From positions 20,001 through 268,000 of the forward strand of contig NZ_JMCB01000003.1 of the NCBI RefSeq assembly GCF_000737315.1: 248,000 nucleotides of DNA, read 5' to 3'. The stretch is from Hyalangium minutum (lineage in GTDB: Bacteria; Myxococcota; Myxococcia; Myxococcales; Myxococcaceae). A program made the position numbers and the translations under genes. Below the pieces are notes generated by a model, which was not told the origin of the DNA, did not search any database, and was given only the letters and a program-made list of their open reading frames with translations. The stretch's first letter is position 1. The number at the start of each line of letters is the position of its first letter. Below are positions 1 to 11,883 of this stretch, piece by piece.

Positions 1-99
1 CCTTCCTGCCGCCCCGGAGGGGAGGCAGGTTCTAACACGCCCAGTCCATGCCTTTGGGACTGGTATGCGCCGCCCGGTGCGGCTACAAGCAGGGGTGGC

Positions 100-714
100 G
101 TGGCCAGGAAAAAGTTCATCGCCGTCGCGGGTAATATTGGCGCCGGGAAGACGGAGCTCACCTCGTTCCTCTGCCGGAAGTACGGCTTGACGCCGTACTT
201 CGAGCCGAACGACCAGAACCCCTACCTGGCCGACTTTTACAAGGACATGAAGAAGTGGGCCTTCCGCTCACAGATCTTCTTTTTGACCCATAAGTTCCGG
301 CTGCACCGCGAGCTGGAGCGTCAGCCCGGAACGGTATTGCAGGACCGGACCATCTACGAGGACGCGGAGATCTTCGCCAAGAACCTTCACCGGCAGCGCT
401 TCATCGACAAGCGGGACTGGCAGATGTACCGGGAGCTGTACGAGACGGTGGCCCAGGTGCTCACCCCGCCGGATCTGATGATCTACCTGCGCTGCCCCGT
501 GCAGACCCTCAAGGAGCGCATCCGCCTGCGAGGCCGCGTCATGGAGAAGGACATCCCCACGCTCTACCTCAAGCGCCTGAACGCCCTCTATGAGGAGTGG
601 TTCAGCCACTACAAGATGTCGCCCGTGCTCGTGCTGCCGACCGACAAGCTCGACTACCTCACCAACCTGGTGGATCGCGTGGATCTGTTCCGCCAGATCG
701 AGAAGCACCTGTGA
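100..714 (+). CDS. Deoxynucleoside kinase
   Basis: Walker A GNIGAGKT, DRTIYED and PDLMIYL motifs of the dNK family. Confidence 0.9.
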   Translation: MARKKFIAVAGNIGAGKTELTSFLCRKYGLTPYFEPNDQNPYLADFYKDMKKWAFRSQIFFLTHKFRLHRELERQPGTVLQDRTIYEDAEIFAKNLHRQRFIDKRDWQMYRELYETVAQVLTPPDLMIYLRCPVQTLKERIRLRGRVMEKDIPTLYLKRLNALYEEWFSHYKMSPVLVLPTDKLDYLTNLVDRVDLFRQIEKHL

Positions 715-1886
715 AGGAGGTCTACGTCCTCGCCGTCGAGTCGTCTGCTCCCATCCCGTTGGAGGAGCTGCGCCCCGCGTTCGAGTCGGAAGACGTGCGC
801 TTCGCGATGCTGGAGGGCGGGAACGGTTTCTCCGTCCATGCTGAGGGCACTCAGGTCGAGGTGCGCTTCGACACCCAGCGGCCCACGAAGGGCGTGGATC
901 CCCGCCTGCTCACTGGCAGCGAGGAGGCTCAGAAGGCGTTCCAGCGCACCCAGGGCTATTACTGGCTCTCCGTGGAGCCGGGCTCCGGGCCTCAGCCCAC
1001 CGTGCCCGTTTTCGAGGCCCTGTGGTGCGCGCGCACGCTGATGGAGCAGACGCAGGGCGTGCTGCTGGACCTCACCGCGTACAAGCTGCACGACGTGGCG
1101 GACGTGGTGGAGATCACCGAGCTGGACTTCGACATTCGCGACCACGTCAACCTGCACGCCGTGGCCGCCATCGAGGGCGATACGCCCCTGTGGGTGCACT
1201 CGCACGGCATGGAGAAGTTCGGCACCCGGGACTTGGAGATCTTCCACCTGGGCGAGGAGGACCTGCTGGCCGCGGAGATGTTCCTCCATGAGCTGTGCAC
1301 GGACATGGCCTTCGGCCAGGGCCCCGGCGCTCGCAAGGAAGTGCATACCAGCGAGGGCCAATCCTTCCGGCTCGTGCCCTCCGAGGAGGCCCGGGTGAAC
1401 CTGCTCGGCGTCCCGCTGGAGACCTTCGAGGGCCACGAGGCCCTGTTCCTCAGCGTCGTGTCCCCGCTGGGCCGGCACAACACCGCCGAGTTGCTGCGCC
1501 CCTACCGCGAGCGCTTCGTCCCCGAGCCCGAGGAGCGCACCGAGTCCCTCCGGCTCGAGGCCCAGGCCCTGCTGCCTGCCTTCAAGGCCCGCTTCGGCCG
1601 CAAGGGGCTCATGGAGCCGCTCACCTTCCTGGTGCGAGCGCCCTTCGAGACCCACCCCGAGGGCCAGGCCGTCGAGGAGAACCTCTGGCTGGAGGTGGTG
1701 GCCTGGGAAGAGGGCACCGTGGTGGGCAAGCTCGTGGATGGCGCCGTCCACACCACCGAGTGGCGCAAGGGCGCTCACGTGGAGGTGGATGAGGAGCACA
1801 TCAACGCGCTCGCCATCAGCCACGAGGGCCGCACGCTGGACGAGGAAGAGATCCGCGCGCTGCTCATTGCCGAACGGCCCATGTAG
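711..1886 (+). CDS. DUF2314-type domain protein
   Basis: GTG start overlapping the upstream stop; HSHGMEKFG and C-terminal ENLWLEV motifs. Confidence 0.6.
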   Translation: MKEVYVLAVESSAPIPLEELRPAFESEDVRFAMLEGGNGFSVHAEGTQVEVRFDTQRPTKGVDPRLLTGSEEAQKAFQRTQGYYWLSVEPGSGPQPTVPVFEALWCARTLMEQTQGVLLDLTAYKLHDVADVVEITELDFDIRDHVNLHAVAAIEGDTPLWVHSHGMEKFGTRDLEIFHLGEEDLLAAEMFLHELCTDMAFGQGPGARKEVHTSEGQSFRLVPSEEARVNLLGVPLETFEGHEALFLSVVSPLGRHNTAELLRPYRERFVPEPEERTESLRLEAQALLPAFKARFGRKGLMEPLTFLVRAPFETHPEGQAVEENLWLEVVAWEEGTVVGKLVDGAVHTTEWRKGAHVEVDEEHINALAISHEGRTLDEEEIRALLIAERPM

Positions 1887-1898
1887 GCTCCGCGCTCC

Positions 1899-3608
1899 AT
1901 GCCAGCCCTGCTGCTGCTCTCCGGTCCCTCCGCCGGCCGCCGCTATGAGGTGGTTTCGGACGTCTCCATTGGCCGCAGCCCGTCGTGCGAGATCCAGCTC
2001 GACGACGACAAGGTGTCCCGGCGGCACGCCCACATCTTCTTGAGCGAAGGGCAGATGCGCGTCCGGGATCTGGGCTCGCGCAACGGCACGCTCGTCAACG
2101 GAGAGCGCCTCCAGGGCGAGGCGCGCTTGGTGCCCGGCGATCGCATCCAGGTGGGAGAGACGACCGCCCTCTACGAGCCGCTCACCCAGGCCGCCTTGAC
2201 GGAGCAGGCGCCGCTCGATGCCCGCCATGTCCCCATCGCCGAGGTACTGCCGCACGTGGGGCCCGAGGCGGCTCTGCTGTCCGCTGGGGTGGCCCTGCTG
2301 GGCGCCACCAGCGAGGCCATGGTGCTGCGGCGGTTGGTGGACGAGGCCCTTCATGCCTTGAGCGCGGATCGGGCCGCGGCGCTGCTCGGAGGGCAGGGTG
2401 GGTTGCTCACCGCGGCGGTGTCAGGCACGGCCTCTGTGGAGGTTCCGCGCGTCATGGCGAGCCTGGCGCTGGAGCAGAAGGAGGTCGTTTCCACGGCCAA
2501 TGCCCTCTGTGCTCCCTTGGTGGCCGCCGGAGGCATGCCGTTCGGACTGCTGTATGTGGCGTGTGATGAGCCGCGCTTCAGTGCGAAGGATGCGGGCATC
2601 GTGGCCGCGCTGGGGCGCATGGGCGGCGAGGCGTACACCGCCATGCACTCCCGGATGGAGGAAGAGCAGGCCCCCGTTCAGCTCGTCGGCACGTCCCGGC
2701 CGTTCCGCCGCATGGTGGAGCAGGCCCGGCGCGCGGCTGCCAGCGCCGCTCCCGTGGTCATCTCCGGCGCCCCCGGAAGTGGGAAGAGCCTCCTGGCCCG
2801 GTTCATCCATGTGCACTCCCCTCGGGCGCTGGGGCCGCTGGTGGCGGTGGACTGCCGTCTGCCGGGGCCTGCCGTGGAGGAGTTCCTCTTTGGCCGCGCG
2901 AGTGCTCCCGGGCTTCCGCCGCGCTCGTCCGCGCTCCTGCGCGCGGATGGAGGGACGCTGCTGCTCCAGCACGTGGAGGGGCTCTCGGGCGCCACGGTCG
3001 AGCGGCTGGTGCGGCTGCTCGCGCGCAAGGTGGCTCCGGCCCGGCAAGGAGGCGAGGAGCCTGTCAATCTGCGCCTCATCGCCACTGCGATCGAGCCCAC
3101 GCAGCTCCTGGCCGCCAAGGGCGGGCTGGATCCCGCCCTGGCCATGGCGCTGTCCGGACTGGAGATCGAGGTGCCGCCCCTGCGCGAGCGCCGCGCCGAT
3201 CTGAGCGCCTTGTTCGAGCACTTCGCCGCCCGGGGCGCCCAAGCCACCCGGAAGCCACCTCCGGTGCTCAGCCCGGGGGCCAAGCGCCTCCTCGTGGACT
3301 ACGCGTGGCCACAGAACGTGAGCGAGCTGAAGCTGGTGGCAGAGCGGCTCGGGCGGCTGTACTCCGGCCGCGAGGTGCACGCGCTGCGCTTGCCTCCGGA
3401 GATCCAGGAGGGCTCGGCGGAGGCCAAGCCTCGCAGCCTGCAGGAGATGGTCGAACGCCTGGAGCGGGAGGCCATCGTCGAGGCGCTCCAGTCCGCGGGA
3501 GGCCGGAAGATCCGCGCGGCCGAGCAGCTCGGCATCAGCCGCCCCACGCTGGACAAGAAGATCGAGGAGTACGCCATCCAGTTGGAGAAGCCACGGCGGC
3601 GACAGTGA
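1899..3608 (+). CDS. FHA-GAF-AAA+-HTH sigma54-type regulator (degenerate)
   Basis: FHA motifs (GRS, SRRHA, DLGSRNGT), AAA+ core, C-terminal Fis HTH; GAFTGA absent. Confidence 0.85.
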   Translation: MPALLLLSGPSAGRRYEVVSDVSIGRSPSCEIQLDDDKVSRRHAHIFLSEGQMRVRDLGSRNGTLVNGERLQGEARLVPGDRIQVGETTALYEPLTQAALTEQAPLDARHVPIAEVLPHVGPEAALLSAGVALLGATSEAMVLRRLVDEALHALSADRAAALLGGQGGLLTAAVSGTASVEVPRVMASLALEQKEVVSTANALCAPLVAAGGMPFGLLYVACDEPRFSAKDAGIVAALGRMGGEAYTAMHSRMEEEQAPVQLVGTSRPFRRMVEQARRAAASAAPVVISGAPGSGKSLLARFIHVHSPRALGPLVAVDCRLPGPAVEEFLFGRASAPGLPPRSSALLRADGGTLLLQHVEGLSGATVERLVRLLARKVAPARQGGEEPVNLRLIATAIEPTQLLAAKGGLDPALAMALSGLEIEVPPLRERRADLSALFEHFAARGAQATRKPPPVLSPGAKRLLVDYAWPQNVSELKLVAERLGRLYSGREVHALRLPPEIQEGSAEAKPRSLQEMVERLEREAIVEALQSAGGRKIRAAEQLGISRPTLDKKIEEYAIQLEKPRRRQ

Positions 3609-3649
3609 GGGCACCATCCCGCTTGTCCCCCCGTGCCCCCGCAGCGTAG

Positions 3650-4564
3650 ATGCCCCCCATGAGCTTCCGTTACTCCGACGAGGTGCGTCGCGCCCTGGAC
3701 ACGAAGGCGCCGCTGGTGGCGCTCGAGACGAGCGTGGTGGCCCAAGGCCTGCCTTACCCGGACAACCTCCGCGCCGCGCGCGCCTGCGAGGAGGCCGTTC
3801 GCAGCGCCGGTGCCGTGCCCGCTCCCATCGCCGTGGTGGATGGCGAGGTGTGGATCGGTCTCGAGGAGGCCGCCATGCTCCGGCTCGCCGAGGGCAAGGA
3901 GAAGCTGATGAAGCTCGGCTCGCGCGATCTGCCCGTGGCCATCGCCTTGAAGGCCTCGGGGGGCACCACCGTGAGCGCCACCTGTGAGCTGGCCGCCGCC
4001 GCCGGCATCCGCGTCTTCGCCACCGGCGGCCTGGGCGGTGTCCACCGGGGCGTCAGCGAGCACTGGGACATCTCCCAGGACATTGGCGCGCTGGCCCGCT
4101 ACCCCGTCGCCGTGGTGTGCGCCGGCGCCAAGTCCATCCTGGATCTGCCCAAGACGATGGAGGCCCTGGAGACCGCGAGCGTGCCCGTCATCGGCGTGCG
4201 CACCAGCGAGCTCCCATCCTTTTATAGCCGCAGCTCGGGCATGCCGCTGGAGCACCGGGTCGAGGACGCCGTCACGGCCGCTCGCATCGTCCGCGCCCGG
4301 GGCGAGCTGGGGCAGGGGGGGCTCGTCTTCGCGCTTCCGCCACCCGACGAGGCGGCCCTGCCTCGGGAGGACGTGGAGCGGCACATCGCCTCCGCGCTCG
4401 CCGAGGCCGAGCGCCAAAGTATTCGAGGCAAGGCCGTCACCCCGTTCCTGCTCGGGGACATGGCCCGGCGCACGGGAGGCCAGAGCCTGAAGGCCAACCT
4501 GGCCCTCCTGGCCAACAACTCGCGCTTCGCCGGAGAGCTTGCCGTCGCTTTGACGCGGGGATGA
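3650..4564 (+). CDS. psuG: Pseudouridine-5'-phosphate glycosidase
   Basis: VALETSVVAQGLPYP, GGTTVSAT, FATGGLGGVHRG, GKAVTPFLL motifs. Confidence 0.92.
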   Translation: MPPMSFRYSDEVRRALDTKAPLVALETSVVAQGLPYPDNLRAARACEEAVRSAGAVPAPIAVVDGEVWIGLEEAAMLRLAEGKEKLMKLGSRDLPVAIALKASGGTTVSATCELAAAAGIRVFATGGLGGVHRGVSEHWDISQDIGALARYPVAVVCAGAKSILDLPKTMEALETASVPVIGVRTSELPSFYSRSSGMPLEHRVEDAVTAARIVRARGELGQGGLVFALPPPDEAALPREDVERHIASALAEAERQSIRGKAVTPFLLGDMARRTGGQSLKANLALLANNSRFAGELAVALTRG

Positions 4565-4628
4565 CATGACCGGAGGGGCAGCTTCACGAAGCTGCTTTTG
4601 AGGTGGCATGCTCTAGGGAGGCCCCTGC

Positions 4629-6200
4629 ATGCCAGCACCTTCCATTCCGGCGGATGAAGCCCAGCGCCTCAAGGCTTTGTGGGATCTGTGCGTGCTGGAC
4701 ACCCCGCCGGAGGAGCGGTTCGACCGCATCGTCCGGATGGCGGTACGGCTCTTCCAGGTGCCCATCGCCTTGGTGTCGCTGGTGGACAAGGACCGGCAGT
4801 GGTTCAAGGCCCGGTACGGGATCGCGGAGCTGTCGGGGCCTCGCAACACCTCGTTCTGCGGCCACGCCATTCTCCATTCCGAGATGCTGGTGGTGCCGGA
4901 CGCCACCCTGGACCCTCGCTTCCTGGACAACCCGAATGTCCTGGACGCGCCCCACGTCCGCTTCTACGCGGGCCAGCCGCTGAGGGCGCCCAACGGAAGG
5001 CTTGTCGGGACGCTGTGCGTGGTCGACTACAAGACCCGCGAATTCAGTGAGGAGGATCGTCGCGCCTTGAGGGACTTGTCCGCGTGGACGGAGCTGGAGC
5101 TGTCCATGAAGGCGCTCCAGGAGGCCCAGGCCGCCGTCAAGCAGCTGGATCACTTCTTCGAGCTGTCGGCGGACATGCTCAGCATCACCAACCTCGAGAG
5201 CCGGCTGCTGCGCTGCAGCGTCTCCTGGAGCCGGACCTTGGGCTACTCCACCACGGAGCTGAGGGACATCCGGTTGCGCGAGCTGTTCCACCCGGAGGAT
5301 CTCCCCCAGGTGCTCGAGGCTCGACAGCGGGCCATCGAGGGCAGGCCACTCCCCAGTGTCGAGTGCCGCATTCGCGACCGCGCTGGCACCTGGCGCTGGC
5401 TCCAGAGCAACTTCATCTTCAATCCCGCCGAGTGTGTCTTCTACTCGGTGGCCCGGGAGATCACCGAGCAGAAGCAGCTGGAGAGCGAGCACCGCCGCGT
5501 GGAGCAGCTGAAGGACGAGTTCGTTTCCACGGTGAGCCACGAGCTGCGCACGCCGTTGACGTCCATCCGCGGGGCGCTGGGGCTGCTGAAGGGCGGCATC
5601 GCGGGTCCACTGCCCGCGGAGGCCGAGGAGCTCATCTGGATCGCCCAGGACAACAGCGATCGGCTGCTGCGCCTCATCAACGACATCCTGGATCTGGAGG
5701 GGCTGGAGACGGGCCAGCTCTCCTTCAAGCGGGAGCCGCTGCCCTTGGGCGAGCTGGTCACCCAGGCCGTCGTCGCGCAGCGGGGCTACGCGGCGCAGTA
5801 CGGCGTGAAGCTGGTGGTGGCACTGGACTCCGAGGCGCGGGCCTTGGTGGATGCGGACCGCTTCCTCCAGGTCATGGCCAACCTGTTGTCCAACGCCATC
5901 AAGTTCTCTCCCCAGGGCGAGACGGTGCAGGTCCGCCTGGCGCGGCTGCCGGGCGGCCTGCGCGTCAGCGTGGAGGATCACGGGCCGGGCATCCCCGAGT
6001 CCTTCCGCTCGCGCATCTTCCATAAGTTCGCCCAGGCGGACGGCTCGGACACCCGCCGCAAGGGGGGCACGGGGCTGGGGCTGTCCATCACCCAGGCGCT
6101 CGTGGCGCGGATGGAGGGCACCCTGAGCTTCGTCTCCGAGGAAGGGGAGGGCAGCACCTTCTTCGTGGTGCTGCCCGAGTGGACGCCGCCGGAGCCTTGA
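4629..6200 (+). CDS. GAF-PAS sensor histidine kinase
   Basis: N-terminal GAF (DTPPEERFD..RFYAGQPL), PAS, HisKA VSHELRTPL, NLLSNAIKF and GGTGLGL. Confidence 0.93.
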   Translation: MPAPSIPADEAQRLKALWDLCVLDTPPEERFDRIVRMAVRLFQVPIALVSLVDKDRQWFKARYGIAELSGPRNTSFCGHAILHSEMLVVPDATLDPRFLDNPNVLDAPHVRFYAGQPLRAPNGRLVGTLCVVDYKTREFSEEDRRALRDLSAWTELELSMKALQEAQAAVKQLDHFFELSADMLSITNLESRLLRCSVSWSRTLGYSTTELRDIRLRELFHPEDLPQVLEARQRAIEGRPLPSVECRIRDRAGTWRWLQSNFIFNPAECVFYSVAREITEQKQLESEHRRVEQLKDEFVSTVSHELRTPLTSIRGALGLLKGGIAGPLPAEAEELIWIAQDNSDRLLRLINDILDLEGLETGQLSFKREPLPLGELVTQAVVAQRGYAAQYGVKLVVALDSEARALVDADRFLQVMANLLSNAIKFSPQGETVQVRLARLPGGLRVSVEDHGPGIPESFRSRIFHKFAQADGSDTRRKGGTGLGLSITQALVARMEGTLSFVSEEGEGSTFFVVLPEWTPPEP

Positions 6201-6206
6201 GTGTGG

Positions 6207-6773
6207 CTACGGGCCTCGCACCGCGCTCCAGAGCGACACCGCGCCGAACAGGAAGAAGAGCGAGGCGGCGACCCACCGCAGCCACTTCATCTGCACCTTG
6301 CCCGCGAGCTTGTCGCCCAGGAACACCGCCAGCCCGTCCGAGAAGAGCATCCCCAGCGTCGTGCCCGCCGTCACCAGGAGCACGGACTGGTAGCGCGCGG
6401 CCAAGGCCACGGTGGCCAGCTGCGTCTTGTCTCCCATCTCCGCCAGGAAGAAGAGGATCGCCGTGGTGAGGAAGGCGCCAAAGCGCGGCGGCTTCTCGGA
6501 TTCCTCGAGCGTGTCCGGCTTGAGCGTCCACAGCCCGAAGCCGATGAAGGTGGCCGCCAGCACCGCCGCCATGATCCGCGGGGAGACGTGCGAGGACACC
6601 CACGTGCCCACGCTGGAGGCCAGCGCGTGGTTGGCCAGGGTGGCCGCGAGGATTCCGGCCATCACCACCCACGGCTTGCGGAACCGGGAGGCCAGCGAGA
6701 ACGCGAGCAGCTGGGTTTTGTCGCCCATCTCACTGGCGGCGACGAGGAGGAAAGAACTCACCACGGCTTCCAT
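6207..6773 (-). CDS. TMEM165/GDT1 (UPF0016) family Mn2+/Ca2+ exporter
   Basis: Two EMGDKTQL motifs. Confidence 0.93.
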   Translation of the reverse strand: MEAVVSSFLLVAASEMGDKTQLLAFSLASRFRKPWVVMAGILAATLANHALASSVGTWVSSHVSPRIMAAVLAATFIGFGLWTLKPDTLEESEKPPRFGAFLTTAILFFLAEMGDKTQLATVALAARYQSVLLVTAGTTLGMLFSDGLAVFLGDKLAGKVQMKWLRWVAASLFFLFGAVSLWSAVRGP

Positions 6774-6847
6774 CACGACACTCCCTTGTCGAGGCCGAGG
6801 TGTCGTGGGAGCACTGCGCGCGCACGAGCCTCGGCCAGGTTTCCCTG

Positions 6848-6958
6848 TCCGAAGGTCTCGTTCGCCTCGCACAGCGAGGTGAGGGCCCGGGCTGTTACCA
6901 GCCAGTGTGTCGAGCTCCCCGGCGCCGATGGTTTCCGGCGCGAACTACTCCCCTTACT
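6848..6958 (-). ncRNA. yybP-ykoY (Mn2+) riboswitch
   Basis: Minus strand reads taaggggagtag...gcgaacgagaccttc, the conserved 5' and 3' signatures, directly upstream of the GDT1 gene. Confidence 0.8.
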
Positions 6959-7006
6959 GGAGTGCTGGATACCAGCCTCCGTGCCGCCTGCCAACAGGCA
7001 ATGCGG

Positions 7007-7498
7007 CTAGCGCTTGCGCGAGAACCAGCCCATGAGGCTCTCGAGCTCCCGCTTGTCCACGTCGTCGAACGTGGCCTTGTGCTCGGAGTCGATGTCCAGC
7101 ACCGCCATCAGCTCGCGGTTGGGCCCGAACACCGGCACAACGATCTCCGACACCGAGCGCCCATCGCAGGTGATGTGGCCCGGGAAGGCGTGTACGTCCG
7201 GTACCACCACCGTCTCGCGCGTGGCCGCCGAGGCGCCACACACGCCCTTGCCGAAGGTGATCTCCAGGCACCCCAGCGTGCCCTGGTAGGGGCCGACGCG
7301 CAGCAGCTTGCCCGGCTGGACCACCCGGTAGAACCCGGTCCACAGGTGACCGAACGCGTGGTGCAGCAGGCAGCTCATCGTCGCCATGGCGGTGATGTCG
7401 TCGTCAACGCCCTCCAGCACCGCCTCCACGTGCTGCTTGAGCTCCGCATACGCTTCCGCCTTCGGCCGGTCGCGCAGATCCAGGGTGACTTCAGCCAT
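7007..7498 (-). CDS. msrC: GAF-domain free methionine-R-sulfoxide reductase
   Basis: WTGFYRV, GPYQGTLGC, GVCG, DVHAFPGHITCD, SEIVVP motifs. Confidence 0.8.
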   Translation of the reverse strand: MAEVTLDLRDRPKAEAYAELKQHVEAVLEGVDDDITAMATMSCLLHHAFGHLWTGFYRVVQPGKLLRVGPYQGTLGCLEITFGKGVCGASAATRETVVVPDVHAFPGHITCDGRSVSEIVVPVFGPNRELMAVLDIDSEHKATFDDVDKRELESLMGWFSRKR

Positions 7499-7643
7499 CG
7501 GTGAGTCCTCAAGAGATGGATGCCGGCCGCGTCACCGCGCCAGCGGGCCCCTTTTACATGGAATCGCACCCCGCGCGAGAGGAGGCACGCAGGACCCAGG
7601 GGAGGGACACTCCCCGGGTGGGCTGCACGCTTGCCATGCCGCG

Positions 7644-8735
7644 TCAACCCGTGGCGTTCGCGGGGGGAGCCGCCGTGGGCTCGGACTTCTGGGAAGGCTC
7701 GGCCTTCGGGGCTGCGGCGGCCTTCTCCGAGGCGGAGGCCTTCTCCGGCTTGGACAGCATCCCGTAGCGCTTCGCTGCGGACTCCAGGATGCGCCCCACG
7801 AGTTGGAGGTAGGACATGCCCTTCTCCCGGGCGCCCATGGCCAGCTCGCTCTTGTCCTCCAGGTAGGGGTTCGGGTTCACCTCGAGGACGTAGGGGTCCC
7901 CCTCCTTCGAGATGCGGAGGTCGATGCGCGCGTAGTCCTGGAGCTTGAGCCCCCGGTAGGCGAGCAGCGCCGCCCGCTCCACCCGCTGGCGCAGCTCCGG
8001 CGAGATGTTCTGGGCGATGACGAGCTTGGGCGAGCCCTCCGTCTCCGGGCCGAACTTCACCTCCCGGTCCGAGATGGTGGGCTTGTTCTTGTCCCAGTTG
8101 CCGAAGTCCAGCTCCACGATGGGGAGGATCTCCGGCATCTCCTTGGGGCCAATCACCCCCACATACACTTCGCGCCCCTCGATGAACTCCTCCGCGAGCG
8201 CCTCGTCCTGCAGCTCCTTGCGGATCTCCTGCACCCGGCGCGTCAGGTCCTCCCAGTTGTGCACCAGCGACTTCTTGCCGATGCCAATGGAGGCGTCGCT
8301 CCGGGAGGGCTTCACGATGAGCGGGAACTCCAAGTCTCCGTGGGTCTCCACGGTGACGCCGTCGAAGGTGGCGAAGTCCGCGGTGGGGATCTCGTGGTAC
8401 TCGAGCAGCTGCTTGGTGAGGATCTTGTCCTGCGCCAGCAGCAGCCCCGCCGTCCCCGAGCCGGTGAACTTCACCCGCGCCATCTCCATCAGCGCCGCGA
8501 CGTTCACCTCCATCCGGTAGTCCTCGGCGAACGTCTCGCAGAGGTTGAACACCAGGTCGCACTTCGACCGGGCGATCGATTGGAGGATGTCCGACACGCC
8601 GTCGCTCACGGCGATCAGCGAGGCCTCATGGCCCAGCTGCCGCAGCGACTCGGCCACCTGGGTCACGACGGGGTCCACGGGCTCCCCGTCCGGCTGGTAG
8701 TGAAGCACGGCGATCTTCAAGGGCGGAACGGGCAT
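7644..8735 (-). CDS. D-Ala-D-Ala ligase-like ATP-grasp protein
   Basis: FNLCE, FTGSG, DKILTK, IVKP, EEFIEGRE, ARIDLR, LEVNPNP. Confidence 0.85.
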   Translation of the reverse strand: MPVPPLKIAVLHYQPDGEPVDPVVTQVAESLRQLGHEASLIAVSDGVSDILQSIARSKCDLVFNLCETFAEDYRMEVNVAALMEMARVKFTGSGTAGLLLAQDKILTKQLLEYHEIPTADFATFDGVTVETHGDLEFPLIVKPSRSDASIGIGKKSLVHNWEDLTRRVQEIRKELQDEALAEEFIEGREVYVGVIGPKEMPEILPIVELDFGNWDKNKPTISDREVKFGPETEGSPKLVIAQNISPELRQRVERAALLAYRGLKLQDYARIDLRISKEGDPYVLEVNPNPYLEDKSELAMGAREKGMSYLQLVGRILESAAKRYGMLSKPEKASASEKAAAAPKAEPSQKSEPTAAPPANATG

Positions 8736-8813
8736 GGCCCTTCAAGTGTAAGGCGTCACCGCGCGCCGTGCACCCAGGCACGCGAACGGCTCCGTACTTT
8801 TGCCCGGCGGTGA

Positions 8814-9881
8814 TCAGTCCACCTCGAAGAAGCGGTCCGTGTAGAGGTAGTTCATCGCCAGCGCTGTCGCCAGCGAGGTGAGCTTGGTGAGGTACTCGCG
8901 CGTCTTGTCCAGGTGGATGCTCAGCCGCAGCGCCGTGGTGCGCTCGATGAGGTGCTCCACCAGCGCCAGCACCACCGGACGGCCCACGCCGCTGTACTGG
9001 GTGACCGCCTGGATGAGCGACTGGCGCTCGGCACGCACGAGCGTCTCCGCGCTGGCCGGCGCCGTGTCGGGCGGCTCGAACAGGCCGAGCAGATCCTGAT
9101 CCAGGTGCTCGCGCAGCGACAGCTCCACGCGCTCCTCGAGCTGGCGCTGGCGGTAGTGATCGAGGACCGTCTCCTCCATGTCCTCCACGTCCAGATCACG
9201 CTCGGCCAGCTGCACCAGCGGCGAGGTGCGTCCCACGCGCTGAATGACCTTCTCCATGTACTCGAGCTTCTTGAGCGCGGCCCAGCCCGCGTATCGCTTG
9301 CGCCAGTCCAGGCCGGGCGTCAGGAAGACCGCGAACGTCTCGGCGAAGTCCTCGTCCGGATGCTTCTGCGCGTACCAGCCGGAGATGTGCACCACGTACT
9401 TCCGGCTGAACGGGCGCGGCTTGTACGTCTCGTCGTAGGGCTTGGAGTAGTCCCCGAAAATCTTCCGCCACTCGTCCGTGTCGTAGAGGCGATAGGCGTA
9501 GTTGAAGGCGTGCCCGGCCTCGTGGCGCAGGTACATGAGGATCTCGCGCTCCGTCTCCGCGTCGCCGCTCAGCTCCGCCTCGATGGAGTGCAGGCGAGGG
9601 TCCGCCAGGTAGAACGGCAGCCCGATGACAGGCACGCCGGACGGGCAGCCCCACTGATCCGACAGGTAGCACTCCGGCCGGAACGAGATGGCCTTGCTCT
9701 CCAGCTCGCTGTAGAGCTGCTGGATGTAGCGCTCGAGGGCCGTGCCCTTCAGGTGGAGCCTCAGGTCCTTGATGCGGGCCTGGAGCAGTGCCTCGCGCTC
9801 GGGACGGCGCGGGGAGTCGGCCGCCTCGTGCGGGTCGGCCAGGGTCTTTTCTCGGAAGGTGATCTGGGAAGGTTGGAGCAT
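8814..9881 (-). CDS. Putative zinc-binding metallopeptidase (Peptidase_Mx-like)
   Basis: RHEAGHA (HExxH) and YAQKHPDEDFAETF. Confidence 0.8.
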   Translation of the reverse strand: MLQPSQITFREKTLADPHEAADSPRRPEREALLQARIKDLRLHLKGTALERYIQQLYSELESKAISFRPECYLSDQWGCPSGVPVIGLPFYLADPRLHSIEAELSGDAETEREILMYLRHEAGHAFNYAYRLYDTDEWRKIFGDYSKPYDETYKPRPFSRKYVVHISGWYAQKHPDEDFAETFAVFLTPGLDWRKRYAGWAALKKLEYMEKVIQRVGRTSPLVQLAERDLDVEDMEETVLDHYRQRQLEERVELSLREHLDQDLLGLFEPPDTAPASAETLVRAERQSLIQAVTQYSGVGRPVVLALVEHLIERTTALRLSIHLDKTREYLTKLTSLATALAMNYLYTDRFFEVD

Positions 9882-10048
9882 CGGGTCCCCAAGGGGCCCC
9901 GAAGTCTAATGGCGAGCCCTGGGGGGTAAATTGGCTTGCCCCCAGCTACATGCAAAGGGTTGAAAAGACTGAATAATATGGGCACAAACCAGCTTGCCGG
10001 GCCGGTGGGAGACCGGCCCAGCGAGGGGTGCCCAGGTAGGCAGGAGGG

Positions 10049-11761
<1,713 letters not shown>

Positions 11762-11883
11762 TGGCCGCGGAGTATAGGCAAGCCGTGGCTAGGGTCCCAA
11801 GGGGGTAGAGCGGCGGTTGGGGGGCAAGCAGGCAATCATCCTGTTCCCGGCGGCGCTCCGGGCTGTTACATCCCCCAGCCGCC

